From Myxococcota bacterium (GTDB lineage: Bacteria > Myxococcota > XYA12-FULL-58-9 > JABJBS01), in NCBI GenBank assembly GCA_036339465.1, contig JAYZAY010000059.1, positions 30,611 through 94,610 of the forward strand: DNA of 64,000 nt, in the 5' to 3' direction. The position numbers and the translations under genes were made by a program. The notes below the pieces were generated by a model that saw only the letters and a program-made list of their open reading frames with translations, was not told the origin of the DNA and ran no database searches. Positions 32,205 through 40,403 of this stretch are shown one piece after another (the first letter of the stretch is position 1; every line of letters begins with the position of its first letter).

Positions 32205-32618
32205 TTAGTCTGTGGCAATGGCAAGGCTTTGAAACCCTATTTCCTTTGCCAAATCCATAATTGAAACCACGATACCATGTTGGGCTGTAGAGTCGGCTTC
32301 GATAATAAACACTTGTTCAATTTTTTCCTTATAGAGCCCACTTAATTTCTTTTGGAGCTCATTTTTTGACAAAGCCTCGCCTTCATAAACCATTCTACCC
32401 TCGGCTGTTACTGTCACCACAATTTGATGGTTGGTTCCAGTGGGGTTTGACTGATTCGCTCGCGGCAACTCCACTTTGATTCCAGAGTCTTGCACAAAAG
32501 TAGAGGTAATAAGGAAGAAAATCAGCAGGATGAAAACAATATCGATTAAGGGGGTAAGGTTGATTTCCGCATCTCTTTTACGGATTGCGCGTATCGAGAA
32601 GTTCATGGGTGGGCGCAT
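32205..32618 (-). CDS. exbD: Biopolymer transport protein ExbD/TolR
   Basis: INLTPLIDIVFILLIFFLITSTF TM motif with conserved Asp. 137 aa. Confidence 0.88.
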   Translation of the reverse strand: MRPPMNFSIRAIRKRDAEINLTPLIDIVFILLIFFLITSTFVQDSGIKVELPRANQSNPTGTNHQIVVTVTAEGRMVYEGEALSKNELQKKLSGLYKEKIEQVFIIEADSTAQHGIVVSIMDLAKEIGFQSLAIATD

Positions 32619-33250
32619 ACCTTGTCGATCAGTTTAAGGGCTCGCTCCTCCATCTCCAACAGAAGAAGATCTACGCGACCTTGGAGATATTTGTAGAAGA
32701 TGTAAGCGGGTATTGCGACACTGATTCCTACGGCAGTTGTAATGAGCGCCTGCCAAATACCGCTGGCGAAGAGAGATGGGTCACCGAGCCCATTGACCTC
32801 GACTTGCTGAAAAACACTCATCATTCCAATAACTGTTCCAAGAAGGCCAAGCAGTGGCGTGATGGCAGCACAGGTCCCCAGTATTTCGATATATTTTTCC
32901 AGTTGAGCTGCTTCGTATTTGCCTGTTTCTTCTACCAGCTCTTTGATTTCAGCCCGTTGTAGGGATTTTTGGCTCAGGGCAGCGGAGAAGACGTTGGCCA
33001 TGGGGTTTGAGCTTTCCTGGCAGAGTAGGAGAGCATCCGATACCCGACCATCTACAATGAGGCTCTCAATACGTTTGGTAAAAGTTTCCGGGATAATCCG
33101 GGACTTCTGCAAGTGCCAGAGGCGTTCGATGAATACAGCGACAGTGACAAGGGAGCACAGGCCGATCGGATAGATCAGAACGCCCCCCCTCGTTAATAGA
33201 TCCCACAACATAGTACGTACCTCGTGTGATACTGTGTACCCAATAATCAT
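32603..33250 (-). CDS. exbB: MotA/TolQ/ExbB proton-channel family protein
   Basis: Three TM helices. Conserved GLLGTVIGMMSVF and PAYIFYKYL motifs. Overlaps exbD by 16 nt. Confidence 0.88.
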   Translation of the reverse strand: MIIGYTVSHEVRTMLWDLLTRGGVLIYPIGLCSLVTVAVFIERLWHLQKSRIIPETFTKRIESLIVDGRVSDALLLCQESSNPMANVFSAALSQKSLQRAEIKELVEETGKYEAAQLEKYIEILGTCAAITPLLGLLGTVIGMMSVFQQVEVNGLGDPSLFASGIWQALITTAVGISVAIPAYIFYKYLQGRVDLLLLEMEERALKLIDKVCAHP

Positions 33251-33330
33251 ACCTGCTCACAACTCTTTCTGCTTATTTTCTCCCGAAGACTGAGTCTTCT
33301 GGCTTTTCGACTCCGATTACCGGTTCTTTT

Positions 33331-33356
33331 GGGGCTCAAGGCTGCCCCTTTTTTTG
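33331..33356 (+). terminator. Intrinsic-terminator-like hairpin (GGGGC-8nt-GCCCC followed by T7) in the exbB/33536 divergent intergenic region
   Basis: Sequence ggggctcaaggctgcccc followed by ttttttt read directly. Only the + strand has the T-run in the right place. Confidence 0.35.
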
Positions 33357-33461
33357 TTGGTGTGTGGGTAATTGTCTGCATGTATTTGTCCATGCAAAAC
33401 CTCATCTCTTGATGCATTGCGTCTTATAAGTGCTTGAAACGGGAGATTTTTATTTTTTAAG

Positions 33462-33491
33462 TTGACAGTTTTGAGTTGGGAGACGTAACAT
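33462..33491 (+). promoter_or_regulatory. Sigma70-like promoter (TTGACA - 18 nt - TAACAT) ~45 nt upstream of the 33536 ORF
   Basis: Consensus-like -35 TTGACA at 33462-33467 and -10 TAACAT at 33486-33491. Confidence 0.4.
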
Positions 33492-33535
33492 TCTAGGTGG
33501 GGAACGTTTGCAATAAATAGGGTGCTGAGGTCAGA

Positions 33536-33940
33536 ATGAGTCATGAGTCATTCGATAGGTATTTGGCTTCCAGATTTCACTTTGGTGAAGGTGTCATGGA
33601 GCAGGCCGCGGAGCGGCAAAACGAATACTCTCGAATTTTGATTGGCGCCATATTGTTGGAAATTGGCATGGTAACCCAAAGGGATCTCGATAGGGCCCTT
33701 GAGATCCAAATCAGGGAGGTTTGTCAGGCGGTGGTTGCTCGCCCCCGTCGTTTAGGAGAATTACTCATTGAGCAGGAGGTTGTTTTAGAAGAACAGTTGC
33801 AACGAGCGTTAGCAATCCAACGCCGTCGACGGCACATGGGATTGAGTGACATATTGGTTGAAATGGGAGCTCTCTCGCAGGAGAACTTGGATGAAGCAAA
33901 AGCCCAGTGGAACCAAGGTGGAGTCAGTTCAGTCGCATAG
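33536..33940 (+). CDS. Small standalone protein made of three MshEN/T2SSE_N-like repeats (putative c-di-GMP-binding module)
   Basis: Three copies of the ~24-aa motif RLGxxLLxxGxIxxxxLxxALxxQ: RILIGAILLEIGMVTQRDLDRALEIQ, RRLGELLIEQEVVLEEQLQRALAIQ, and GLSDILVEMGALSQENLDEAKAQ separated from it by 6 residues. 134 aa. Confidence 0.5.
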   Translation: MSHESFDRYLASRFHFGEGVMEQAAERQNEYSRILIGAILLEIGMVTQRDLDRALEIQIREVCQAVVARPRRLGELLIEQEVVLEEQLQRALAIQRRRRHMGLSDILVEMGALSQENLDEAKAQWNQGGVSSVA

Positions 33941-34408
33941 ATCGTGAGGCGAAATAGTTGTTTGACGAAGTGCTTCGTACGTTGCAACGCCGACGCTTGT
34001 AGAGAGGTTTAGAGAACGTAGTTGTTTATTGTATCGTGGGATGGTGACGCATTTTGCGTCACCAATCCTTACGTGCAACCATTCGGGAGTTCCTGTTGTT
34101 TCTTTCCCAAAAAGAAGCCCATCGCCGCTTTTATAGGATACGTCCCAGTAGGATTTTTCTGTCTTTGTTGTGAAAAGCCATAGCCTGTCTGGCTTGTGCT
34201 CACTCTTTTCGAAGTTCTCCCAGGATTCGTGTTCGTGCACGTCTAGGGAATACCAGTAGTCCATACCGCTTCGACGGATCTGTTTGTCGTTGATTTGAAA
34301 TCCCAGAGGATGGATCAAATGCAGGCGGCATTGGGTGACTGCGCACAGTCTACCAATATTGCCTGTATTTTGTGGAATGTCGGGTTGAAAGAGGACGATA
34401 TGGATCAA
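33929..34408 (-). CDS. trmL: tRNA (cytidine/uridine-2'-O)-methyltransferase TrmL (SpoU family)
   Basis: IVLFQPDIPQNTGNIGRLCAVT N-terminal SPOUT motif. ~155 aa. C-terminal SVGVATYEALRQ. Confidence 0.85.
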   Translation of the reverse strand: MIHIVLFQPDIPQNTGNIGRLCAVTQCRLHLIHPLGFQINDKQIRRSGMDYWYSLDVHEHESWENFEKSEHKPDRLWLFTTKTEKSYWDVSYKSGDGLLFGKETTGTPEWLHVRIGDAKCVTIPRYNKQLRSLNLSTSVGVATYEALRQTTISPHDLCD

Positions 34409-34447
34409 GTGGGCTCCTTTATCTCAAGCCGCCATAGTTGAGTGATA

Positions 34448-34495
34448 CAAGGATCGTCAAGCATCTCATTTGAAGGATCGTCAAGCATCTCATTT
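34448..34495. repeat. Perfect 24-bp tandem duplication (aaggatcgtcaagcatctcatttg x2) ~70 nt upstream of the ALDH7 gene
   Basis: Read directly: copy 1 at 34448-34471, copy 2 at 34472-34495, identical. Confidence 0.9.
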
Positions 34496-34562
34496 GGACA
34501 GGGGCTGAGGGGTTGACCTCCCCTAAACTCCCCGGCATTGGGCTCCCAACATTTACTCTGAG

Positions 34563-36095
34563 GTGAGAATTATGCGTGAAGAGGTTTTGGGAGCACTGGG
34601 TCTGGGGCTCGAGAATTCTGGCGTTTTGTGCGGAGATTATAGTGAAGCGAATGGCGAGTGGCTTGAGAGTATTTCGCCCATTGACGGCAAGTTGATTGCC
34701 AAGGTTCGCATGGCGTCGGCAGAGGATTATGAAACCGTCGTCCAGAGGGTCCAAGGCAGTTTTACCGAGTGGAGAATGTTACCAGCGCCTCAGCGTGGTG
34801 AGATCATTCGTCAGATTGGGATGAAATTGAGGGAGAAGAAGGAAGCTTTGGGCCGTTTGGTTGCCTTAGAGGTTGGGAAAATTACGGCTGAAGGCGAAGG
34901 CGAAGTCCAAGAGATGATCGATATTGCCGATTACGCTGTAGGACTTTCACGCCAGCTTTATGGATTGGATATCAAATCAGAACGGCCTCTACACCGATTG
35001 GTGGAACAATGGCATCCGGTAGGACCTATTGGCATTATTTCGGCCTTCAATTTTCCCGTTGCCGTGTGGGCGTGGAATGCGTTTGTCGCTGGGGTTTGTG
35101 GGGATACGATGATTTGGAAGCCTTCGGAGAAAGCATCACTCTGTGCTCTGGCTGTTCAACGAATCGCGCAAGAAGTTCTGAGCGAGAATGGTTACGGCGA
35201 CGTGATGGGGCTGACGGTTGGGACAGCAAACCCCATTGGTGAAACCATGATTCACGATAAGCGACTGCCGCTGATTTCAGCCACTGGCTCGGTGCGCATG
35301 GGGCGCCGTGTGGGTTCGGTTGTAGCTGAGCGATTTGGTAAGTCCTTGTTGGAGCTAGGTGGCAACAATGCTTTGACGGTGATGGACGATGCGAATCTTG
35401 AACTCGCCCTAGGCGGGGTCCTCTTCGGTGCGGTTGGAACAGCCGGCCAAAGGTGCACGACGACTCGGCGGTTACTCTTGCAAGAGGGTATTGCCGATGA
35501 CTTTGTGGCGCGTTTGGTCAAAGCCTACGGTCAAGTACGGATTGGTAACCCTCTGGAATCCTCAACGCTTATGGGGCCGCTGATCGACACAGATGCAGCA
35601 CAAGCCTATGAAAAGGCCCTCGTTCAGGCAGTTGAGCAGGGCGGGGAACTTCTCTATGGTGGTAAGCGACTCACCGGTGAGCAATATCCCGGTGGCGGCT
35701 ATGTGGAGCCAGCAATCGTTAAGGCCAACCCCGAGATGTTGGTTACTCAAGAAGAGACATTTGCTCCAATCCTTTATGTGATGACTTTCAAAAAATTGGA
35801 AGAAGCTATCGCGATTCAAAACGGGGTGGAGCAGGGGTTATCGAGTGCTATTTTCACCGATTCCCTACGCAATGCGGAAACGTTTGTTTCGGCCATGGGT
35901 TCTGACTGTGGTATTGCAAATGTGAATGTAGGTACCAGTGGCGCTGAAATTGGCGGGGCCTTTGGTGGGGAAAAAGAAACCGGTGGTGGTCGTGAATCTG
36001 GTTCAGATTCCTGGAAAGCTTATATGCGCCGACAGACACAGACAGTTAACTACTCAAAAGAGCTTCCATTAGCTCAAGGGATTCAGTTTGGATGA
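34563..36095 (+). CDS. ALDH7/antiquitin-family aldehyde dehydrogenase (alpha-aminoadipic semialdehyde / piperideine-6-carboxylate dehydrogenase)
   Basis: Near-diagnostic ALDH7 blocks: GEVQEMIDIADYAVGLSRQLYG, FNFPVAVWAWNA, ELGGNNA, GTAGQRCTTTRRL, EETFAPILYV, GSDCGIANVNVGTSGAEIGGAFGGEKETGGGRESGSDSWKAYMRR, ELPLAQGIQF. Confidence 0.9.
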   Translation: MRIMREEVLGALGLGLENSGVLCGDYSEANGEWLESISPIDGKLIAKVRMASAEDYETVVQRVQGSFTEWRMLPAPQRGEIIRQIGMKLREKKEALGRLVALEVGKITAEGEGEVQEMIDIADYAVGLSRQLYGLDIKSERPLHRLVEQWHPVGPIGIISAFNFPVAVWAWNAFVAGVCGDTMIWKPSEKASLCALAVQRIAQEVLSENGYGDVMGLTVGTANPIGETMIHDKRLPLISATGSVRMGRRVGSVVAERFGKSLLELGGNNALTVMDDANLELALGGVLFGAVGTAGQRCTTTRRLLLQEGIADDFVARLVKAYGQVRIGNPLESSTLMGPLIDTDAAQAYEKALVQAVEQGGELLYGGKRLTGEQYPGGGYVEPAIVKANPEMLVTQEETFAPILYVMTFKKLEEAIAIQNGVEQGLSSAIFTDSLRNAETFVSAMGSDCGIANVNVGTSGAEIGGAFGGEKETGGGRESGSDSWKAYMRRQTQTVNYSKELPLAQGIQFG

Positions 36096-37276
36096 ACGAT
36101 ATTCCCAACATCGAACAACTCGCTCTGAGTGGACGTAATGTGTTTTTACGCCTTGATTTGAATGCCCCGATTCGAGACGGCATCGTCACCAGTGATGCTC
36201 GTTTGAAAGCGGCCATTCCCTCTATCAAGTATGCAATGGAACAAGGAGCTCAAGTCGCTTTAGGGTCTCATTTGGGCCGACCCAAAGGAAAGCGGAACCC
36301 GGATTTCTCTTTAGAGCCGATTGGGCAAAGGTTGTCGGAGTTGCTCGAGACCGATGTTGCTTTAGCGGATTCATGTATTGGCGACGGTGTTGCCGGTTTG
36401 TTGAAGCAGGTGACTCATGGTGTCGTTCTTCTGGAGAATCTTAGATTTCATGCCGGTGAAACCGGCAATGATTCCAATTTTGCTAGGGAGCTGGCACGTC
36501 CTTTTGACGTGTATGTGAATGATGCTTTTGGGGCGTCGCATCGCTCCCATGCTTCCATTGTTGGCATGCCGCGGCACCTAACCGAAACTGGAGCCGGATT
36601 CCTGGTTTCACGCGAGGTGAAAGCTTTGAATAAGCTTCTCCACGAGCCAGCCCGACCTTTTGTCGCAGTTGTGGGAGGTGCAAAAGTTTTCGACAAACTG
36701 GGTGTACTGAATGCTCTGCTTCAAAGAGTTGACACGCTTTGCATAGGTGGGGCAATGGCCTATACGTTTATGAGAGCCAGTGGTGTGTCTGTGGGGTCTT
36801 CCATGGTTGAAGAGGATTGTCTCCGCTTGGCCACGGATGTACTTGGGAGGGCCCGAATGAGAGGCGTGAAGATCCTCTTGCCCGTGGACCATGTGGTGGC
36901 CGACCATTTTGGTGAAGATGCTTCTGCCAAGGTCTTGCCTGAAGCGGCTATCGCAGCGGGGTGGATGGGGCTAGACATTGGGCCGGATACCTGTGCGCTT
37001 TATGGAGAGCAAATTGCGGGAGCTGGTTCTGTCTTTTGGAATGGTCCTATGGGTGTTTTTGAGTGGCGCCAATTTTCGAAGGGGACCATGTCCTTGGCGG
37101 CTGCGTTGTCCAATTGCAGTGGTTACACCGTGGTTGGTGGTGGTGATTCTGTCGCAGCGGTTGAAAAGGCGGATATTGTTTCAAAGATAGATCACGTATC
37201 CACTGGTGGTGGTGCGAGTCTTGAATTTTTGGAGCACGGTAATTTACCCGGTATTGACGTCCTAAGCCGTGGTTAG
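36092..37276 (+). CDS. pgk: Phosphoglycerate kinase
   Basis: RLDLNAP, GSHLGRPKG, FWNGPMGVFE, STGGGASLEFLEG motifs. The start ATG overlaps the ALDH7 stop (ATGA). Confidence 0.95.
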   Translation: MNDIPNIEQLALSGRNVFLRLDLNAPIRDGIVTSDARLKAAIPSIKYAMEQGAQVALGSHLGRPKGKRNPDFSLEPIGQRLSELLETDVALADSCIGDGVAGLLKQVTHGVVLLENLRFHAGETGNDSNFARELARPFDVYVNDAFGASHRSHASIVGMPRHLTETGAGFLVSREVKALNKLLHEPARPFVAVVGGAKVFDKLGVLNALLQRVDTLCIGGAMAYTFMRASGVSVGSSMVEEDCLRLATDVLGRARMRGVKILLPVDHVVADHFGEDASAKVLPEAAIAAGWMGLDIGPDTCALYGEQIAGAGSVFWNGPMGVFEWRQFSKGTMSLAAALSNCSGYTVVGGGDSVAAVEKADIVSKIDHVSTGGGASLEFLEHGNLPGIDVLSRG

Positions 37277-37473
37277 CACGACCCTGAGCTTGAATGCTGC
37301 CATTTATCGTTTCTATTAAAATCCATGCCTTAATTATCTGTTCTATGGGTGTGCCCTTCTTTCGGCGAAATCTAGTGGGTTGGACTTGAAGTGGTTCCAG
37401 GGATCGGTTTAGGAGCCTTCTGGTGGGGCGTTGATGGATTGTTCAATCCTTTTTGAATGTGGAGGTGCTCATC

Positions 37474-38229
37474 ATGGGACAGAAGCGTTATTTGTTTGCC
37501 GGTAATTGGAAGATGCATAAAACTTCGGCTGAGGCAGCCGAAACGGGCCGAGAGTTAATGAATGTTGTCTCCAGATTCCGAGACCGGGACATTGCAATTT
37601 TTCCACCTTATCTGGCTTTAGAGGCCCTGATCAAAGTTTTCGACGGTTCTCACTTGGAAGTGGGGGCGCAGAATATGCACCAGGAGCTTAAGGGAGCCTA
37701 TACAGGAGAAATAGCCGCTCCCATGCTGTCGGCTCTCGGATGCCATCGGGTGTTGATTGGCCATTCCGAGAGACGAGAATATTTCAATGAGACCGATGCG
37801 TCGGTGGCCCAGAAGCTTAAATTGGCCCTTGACCACGGATTGAGACCGATTCTATGTATTGGTGAAAAACTTGAGGATCGAGAAGCCGGTCGTACAAACG
37901 AGCTGGTGGGTGGCCAATTAGAGGCGGCCATAGCTCAATTATCCCTTGAAGAGTTGGCGAAGGTCGATGTGGCTTATGAACCGGTTTGGGCCATTGGGAC
38001 GGGGAAAGTTGCGAGCCCCCAACAGGCGCAAGAGGTTCATGCCATATTACGAGAACGGCTCAGATACCGAGATCGTACCCTCGCGGAATCCATGAGAATC
38101 GTTTACGGCGGTAGTGTTAAGCCAGACAATGCGGCGGAGTTGATGAACAAAGACGACGTTGATGGTGCCTTGGTCGGGGGAGCCAGTCTCAAGGCAGAGT
38201 CATTTAAGGCCATTATCGAATCAATTTGA
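37474..38229 (+). CDS. tpiA: Triosephosphate isomerase
   Basis: LFAGNWKMH, catalytic IGHSERR, AYEPVWAIGTG, YGGSV motifs. ATG at 37474 with GGAGGTG RBS 6 nt upstream. The ORF track extends to 37453. Confidence 0.93.
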   Translation: MGQKRYLFAGNWKMHKTSAEAAETGRELMNVVSRFRDRDIAIFPPYLALEALIKVFDGSHLEVGAQNMHQELKGAYTGEIAAPMLSALGCHRVLIGHSERREYFNETDASVAQKLKLALDHGLRPILCIGEKLEDREAGRTNELVGGQLEAAIAQLSLEELAKVDVAYEPVWAIGTGKVASPQQAQEVHAILRERLRYRDRTLAESMRIVYGGSVKPDNAAELMNKDDVDGALVGGASLKAESFKAIIESI

Positions 38230-38328
38230 TACTTAACTGGGCGTGACTCGAAACCTCAGGCGGCAGCCAACGAGTTTGGTGGTAGAACACCTCGTTTTGC
38301 GCGCCCGATGGTCATTTGCGAAGGCGTG

Positions 38329-38784
38329 TTATTCTGTTTTGGGCGCTTGTTCCGCGTTTGGCGCTTCAGTATTTGGTGCTCCTGTTGCAGCGTCCTCGGC
38401 TTTGGCGGGGGCCTCCACCTCCGCTTTTGGAGTTTCGGCTGAAGTGTCTTCACCGTCTGCTTTTGGTGTCTCTGTGTCAGCGGCAGGTTCATCCTTTATT
38501 GCACTGGCAGTCTCTTTGGCTTTTGCTGACTTAACCAAAGAATCCTGGGTTGAAGAACTCATGATTGACAAGCCCAGGGACGTGAGAAAAAATATGATCG
38601 CTGAGCCTGTGGTTACCTTGCTGAGAAAGTCGCCGGCCCCTCGGCCACCAAAGACTTGAGCGCCCGCGCCACCAAAGGCGGCGCCCATTCCACCACCCTT
38701 TCCGGATTGCAGTAAGATAGCGAGTATCAGCAAGATACAGACAAAAATATGAGCAATATAAAGGAGGGTCTCTAGGACTTCCAT
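38329..38784 (-). CDS. secG: Preprotein translocase subunit SecG with long Ala/Glu/Pro/Thr-rich C-terminal extension
   Basis: N-terminal MEVLETLLYIAHIFVCILLILAILLQSGKGGGMGAAFGG and a second TM (AIIFFLTSLGLSIM). It lies next to tRNA-Leu as in many proteobacteria. The ~75 extra C-terminal residues are low complexity. Confidence 0.85.
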   Translation of the reverse strand: MEVLETLLYIAHIFVCILLILAILLQSGKGGGMGAAFGGAGAQVFGGRGAGDFLSKVTTGSAIIFFLTSLGLSIMSSSTQDSLVKSAKAKETASAIKDEPAADTETPKADGEDTSAETPKAEVEAPAKAEDAATGAPNTEAPNAEQAPKTE

Positions 38785-38838
38785 TCGGCCACCCTATTGT
38801 GTTGAGGAATAATCGAGCAGGTTTCTTAAGTTACCGCT

Positions 38839-38925
38839 TGGTGCGGCGGGGGAGACTCGAACTCCCACAGTATTGCTACCGCCAGCCCCTCAAGCTGGTG
38901 CGTCTACCAATTCCGCCACCGCCGC
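38839..38925 (-). tRNA. tRNA-Leu (anticodon GAG), type II with long variable arm, CCA encoded
   Basis: Reverse complement reads GCGGCGG-TG-GCGGAATTGGTAGACGC-A-CCAGC-TTGAGGG-GCTGG-CGGTAGCAATACTGT-GGGAGTTCGAGTCTCCC-CCGCCGC-ACCA. The cloverleaf was folded by eye and the anticodon loop gives GAG. Confidence 0.85.
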
Positions 38926-39059
38926 AAAAGCGGACTGGGTCTACCAAGTGAGCATAATCCTGTCAATTATTCCTGCAAAAAACCTCGTGATTCTCTCGTT
39001 GTTGAGATCTGCTCTCTGCGTAGAGATTTGTCGACACACTCCCTAGAAATCAGTAGGAT

Positions 39060-40403
39060 GTGTTTACAAGGAGTTTCGTGGGACTAAGGCTCAAAATTGG
39101 CTTGGTGATTGTTGGCTGTGTGGCGGTGCTCCAGTTTTTGGTGACCCACTTTCGTGTGGAGACCGAGCGCGAGATTATCCGCCAGGAGTTGGTTGAGCGG
39201 GGGACTGCACTTCTACAAGTCCTTGCTCTTCCCTACGGCATTGCTTTGGCCAATGAGGATAATCCGACCCTCGATACCTACATCGCCAATTTAGTGGATT
39301 CACAGGATGCTTTAGAGTTGGAGTTTCTTTCGGTGCTCGACAACAATGATCGGGTGGTGGCGCATACCGGCGCCTCCCAAAGAGGGACGCAGCTCAATAC
39401 ACAGTGGCTAGGCCAGCACGCACAAGGGCAAGGTCCAAAATGGCGTCTCCATTTTGCGGGGAATCAAGAAATTATAGAGATCGCCGTACCGGTGGTGCGT
39501 GGTCTTCGTTTCGGTACTTTGGTCGCGGGTTTTTCCTTGGTGCAGTCAGAAGCTAAGCTTGAAGGCAGAAAGACCCTGGCCCTTCTCAGTGGACTTTTGG
39601 TGGCGGTTTTTACGGGCACTGTTGTGTTTAAGGTGCTTTCGTTCATGGTCGTAAACCCCGTTTTACAAATGCAGCAAATGGCGCGACGATTTGCTGATGG
39701 TATTCATGACGTTCGGGCTATTGAGTGTCCGGGGGGTGGAGAATTGGGGGCGTTGGCCAAGGAGCTCAATTCCATGGCCGATGAAATCCAGACGTATTCG
39801 ACAAATATGGAGAACTTGCTGATGACGCGGACCACCGAATTGGTGGACTCGAACCTGAAAATTCGGGATGCCAATGTTCAATTGGAGCAATTGGCGCGAA
39901 CAGATCCCTTGACGGGTTTATCCAACCGCCGACACTTTATGGAGCAATTTCAATTTGAGATTGCCAGGGGTTCGCGGACACCTCATAATTTCACCCTCAT
40001 TCTACTCGATGTGGATTGTTTCAAGCACTACAACGACACCCACGGACACCCCGCAGGCGATGCTCTTCTGGTTCGTTTGGGGAAGGTATTTCAGGGGTGT
40101 TTTAGGAACACCGACGTTATCGGTCGTTATGGAGGCGAAGAGTTTGGGGTGATGTTGCTGGATACGCCACCCAAAGACGGGTCTTTGCTGGCGGAACAAC
40201 TCCGCAAGACCGTAGAAGAAGTACAATTTGACAATGAAGACAGCCAGCCAAATGGTAAATTGACGATCAGCGCCGGCGTTGCGTTCTACCCCAGTGATGG
40301 AAGTGAGGTTCGTGATTTGCTTGCTCGCGCAGACCAAGCTCTTTATGCCTCAAAAAACTCAGGCCGAAATCTGGTAACGCTTTGGACAGAAATAGTGACG
40401 TAG
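39060..40403 (+). CDS. Membrane sensor diguanylate cyclase (TM - periplasmic domain - TM/HAMP - GGDEF)
   Basis: Two TM segments flanking a ~150-aa periplasmic region, a HAMP-like linker, and a GGDEF domain with RYGGEEFGVMLL and DPLTGLSNRRHF motifs. ORF start as in the track; the true start may be slightly downstream. Confidence 0.88.
   Translation: MFTRSFVGLRLKIGLVIVGCVAVLQFLVTHFRVETEREIIRQELVERGTALLQVLALPYGIALANEDNPTLDTYIANLVDSQDALELEFLSVLDNNDRVVAHTGASQRGTQLNTQWLGQHAQGQGPKWRLHFAGNQEIIEIAVPVVRGLRFGTLVAGFSLVQSEAKLEGRKTLALLSGLLVAVFTGTVVFKVLSFMVVNPVLQMQQMARRFADGIHDVRAIECPGGGELGALAKELNSMADEIQTYSTNMENLLMTRTTELVDSNLKIRDANVQLEQLARTDPLTGLSNRRHFMEQFQFEIARGSRTPHNFTLILLDVDCFKHYNDTHGHPAGDALLVRLGKVFQGCFRNTDVIGRYGGEEFGVMLLDTPPKDGSLLAEQLRKTVEEVQFDNEDSQPNGKLTISAGVAFYPSDGSEVRDLLARADQALYASKNSGRNLVTLWTEIVT

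Noticed and set aside
38243-38659. 138-aa + strand ORF
   Set aside because: It lies antisense within secG and its Ala-rich extension. Its composition mirrors the secG low-complexity tail, and SecG is the well-supported gene.
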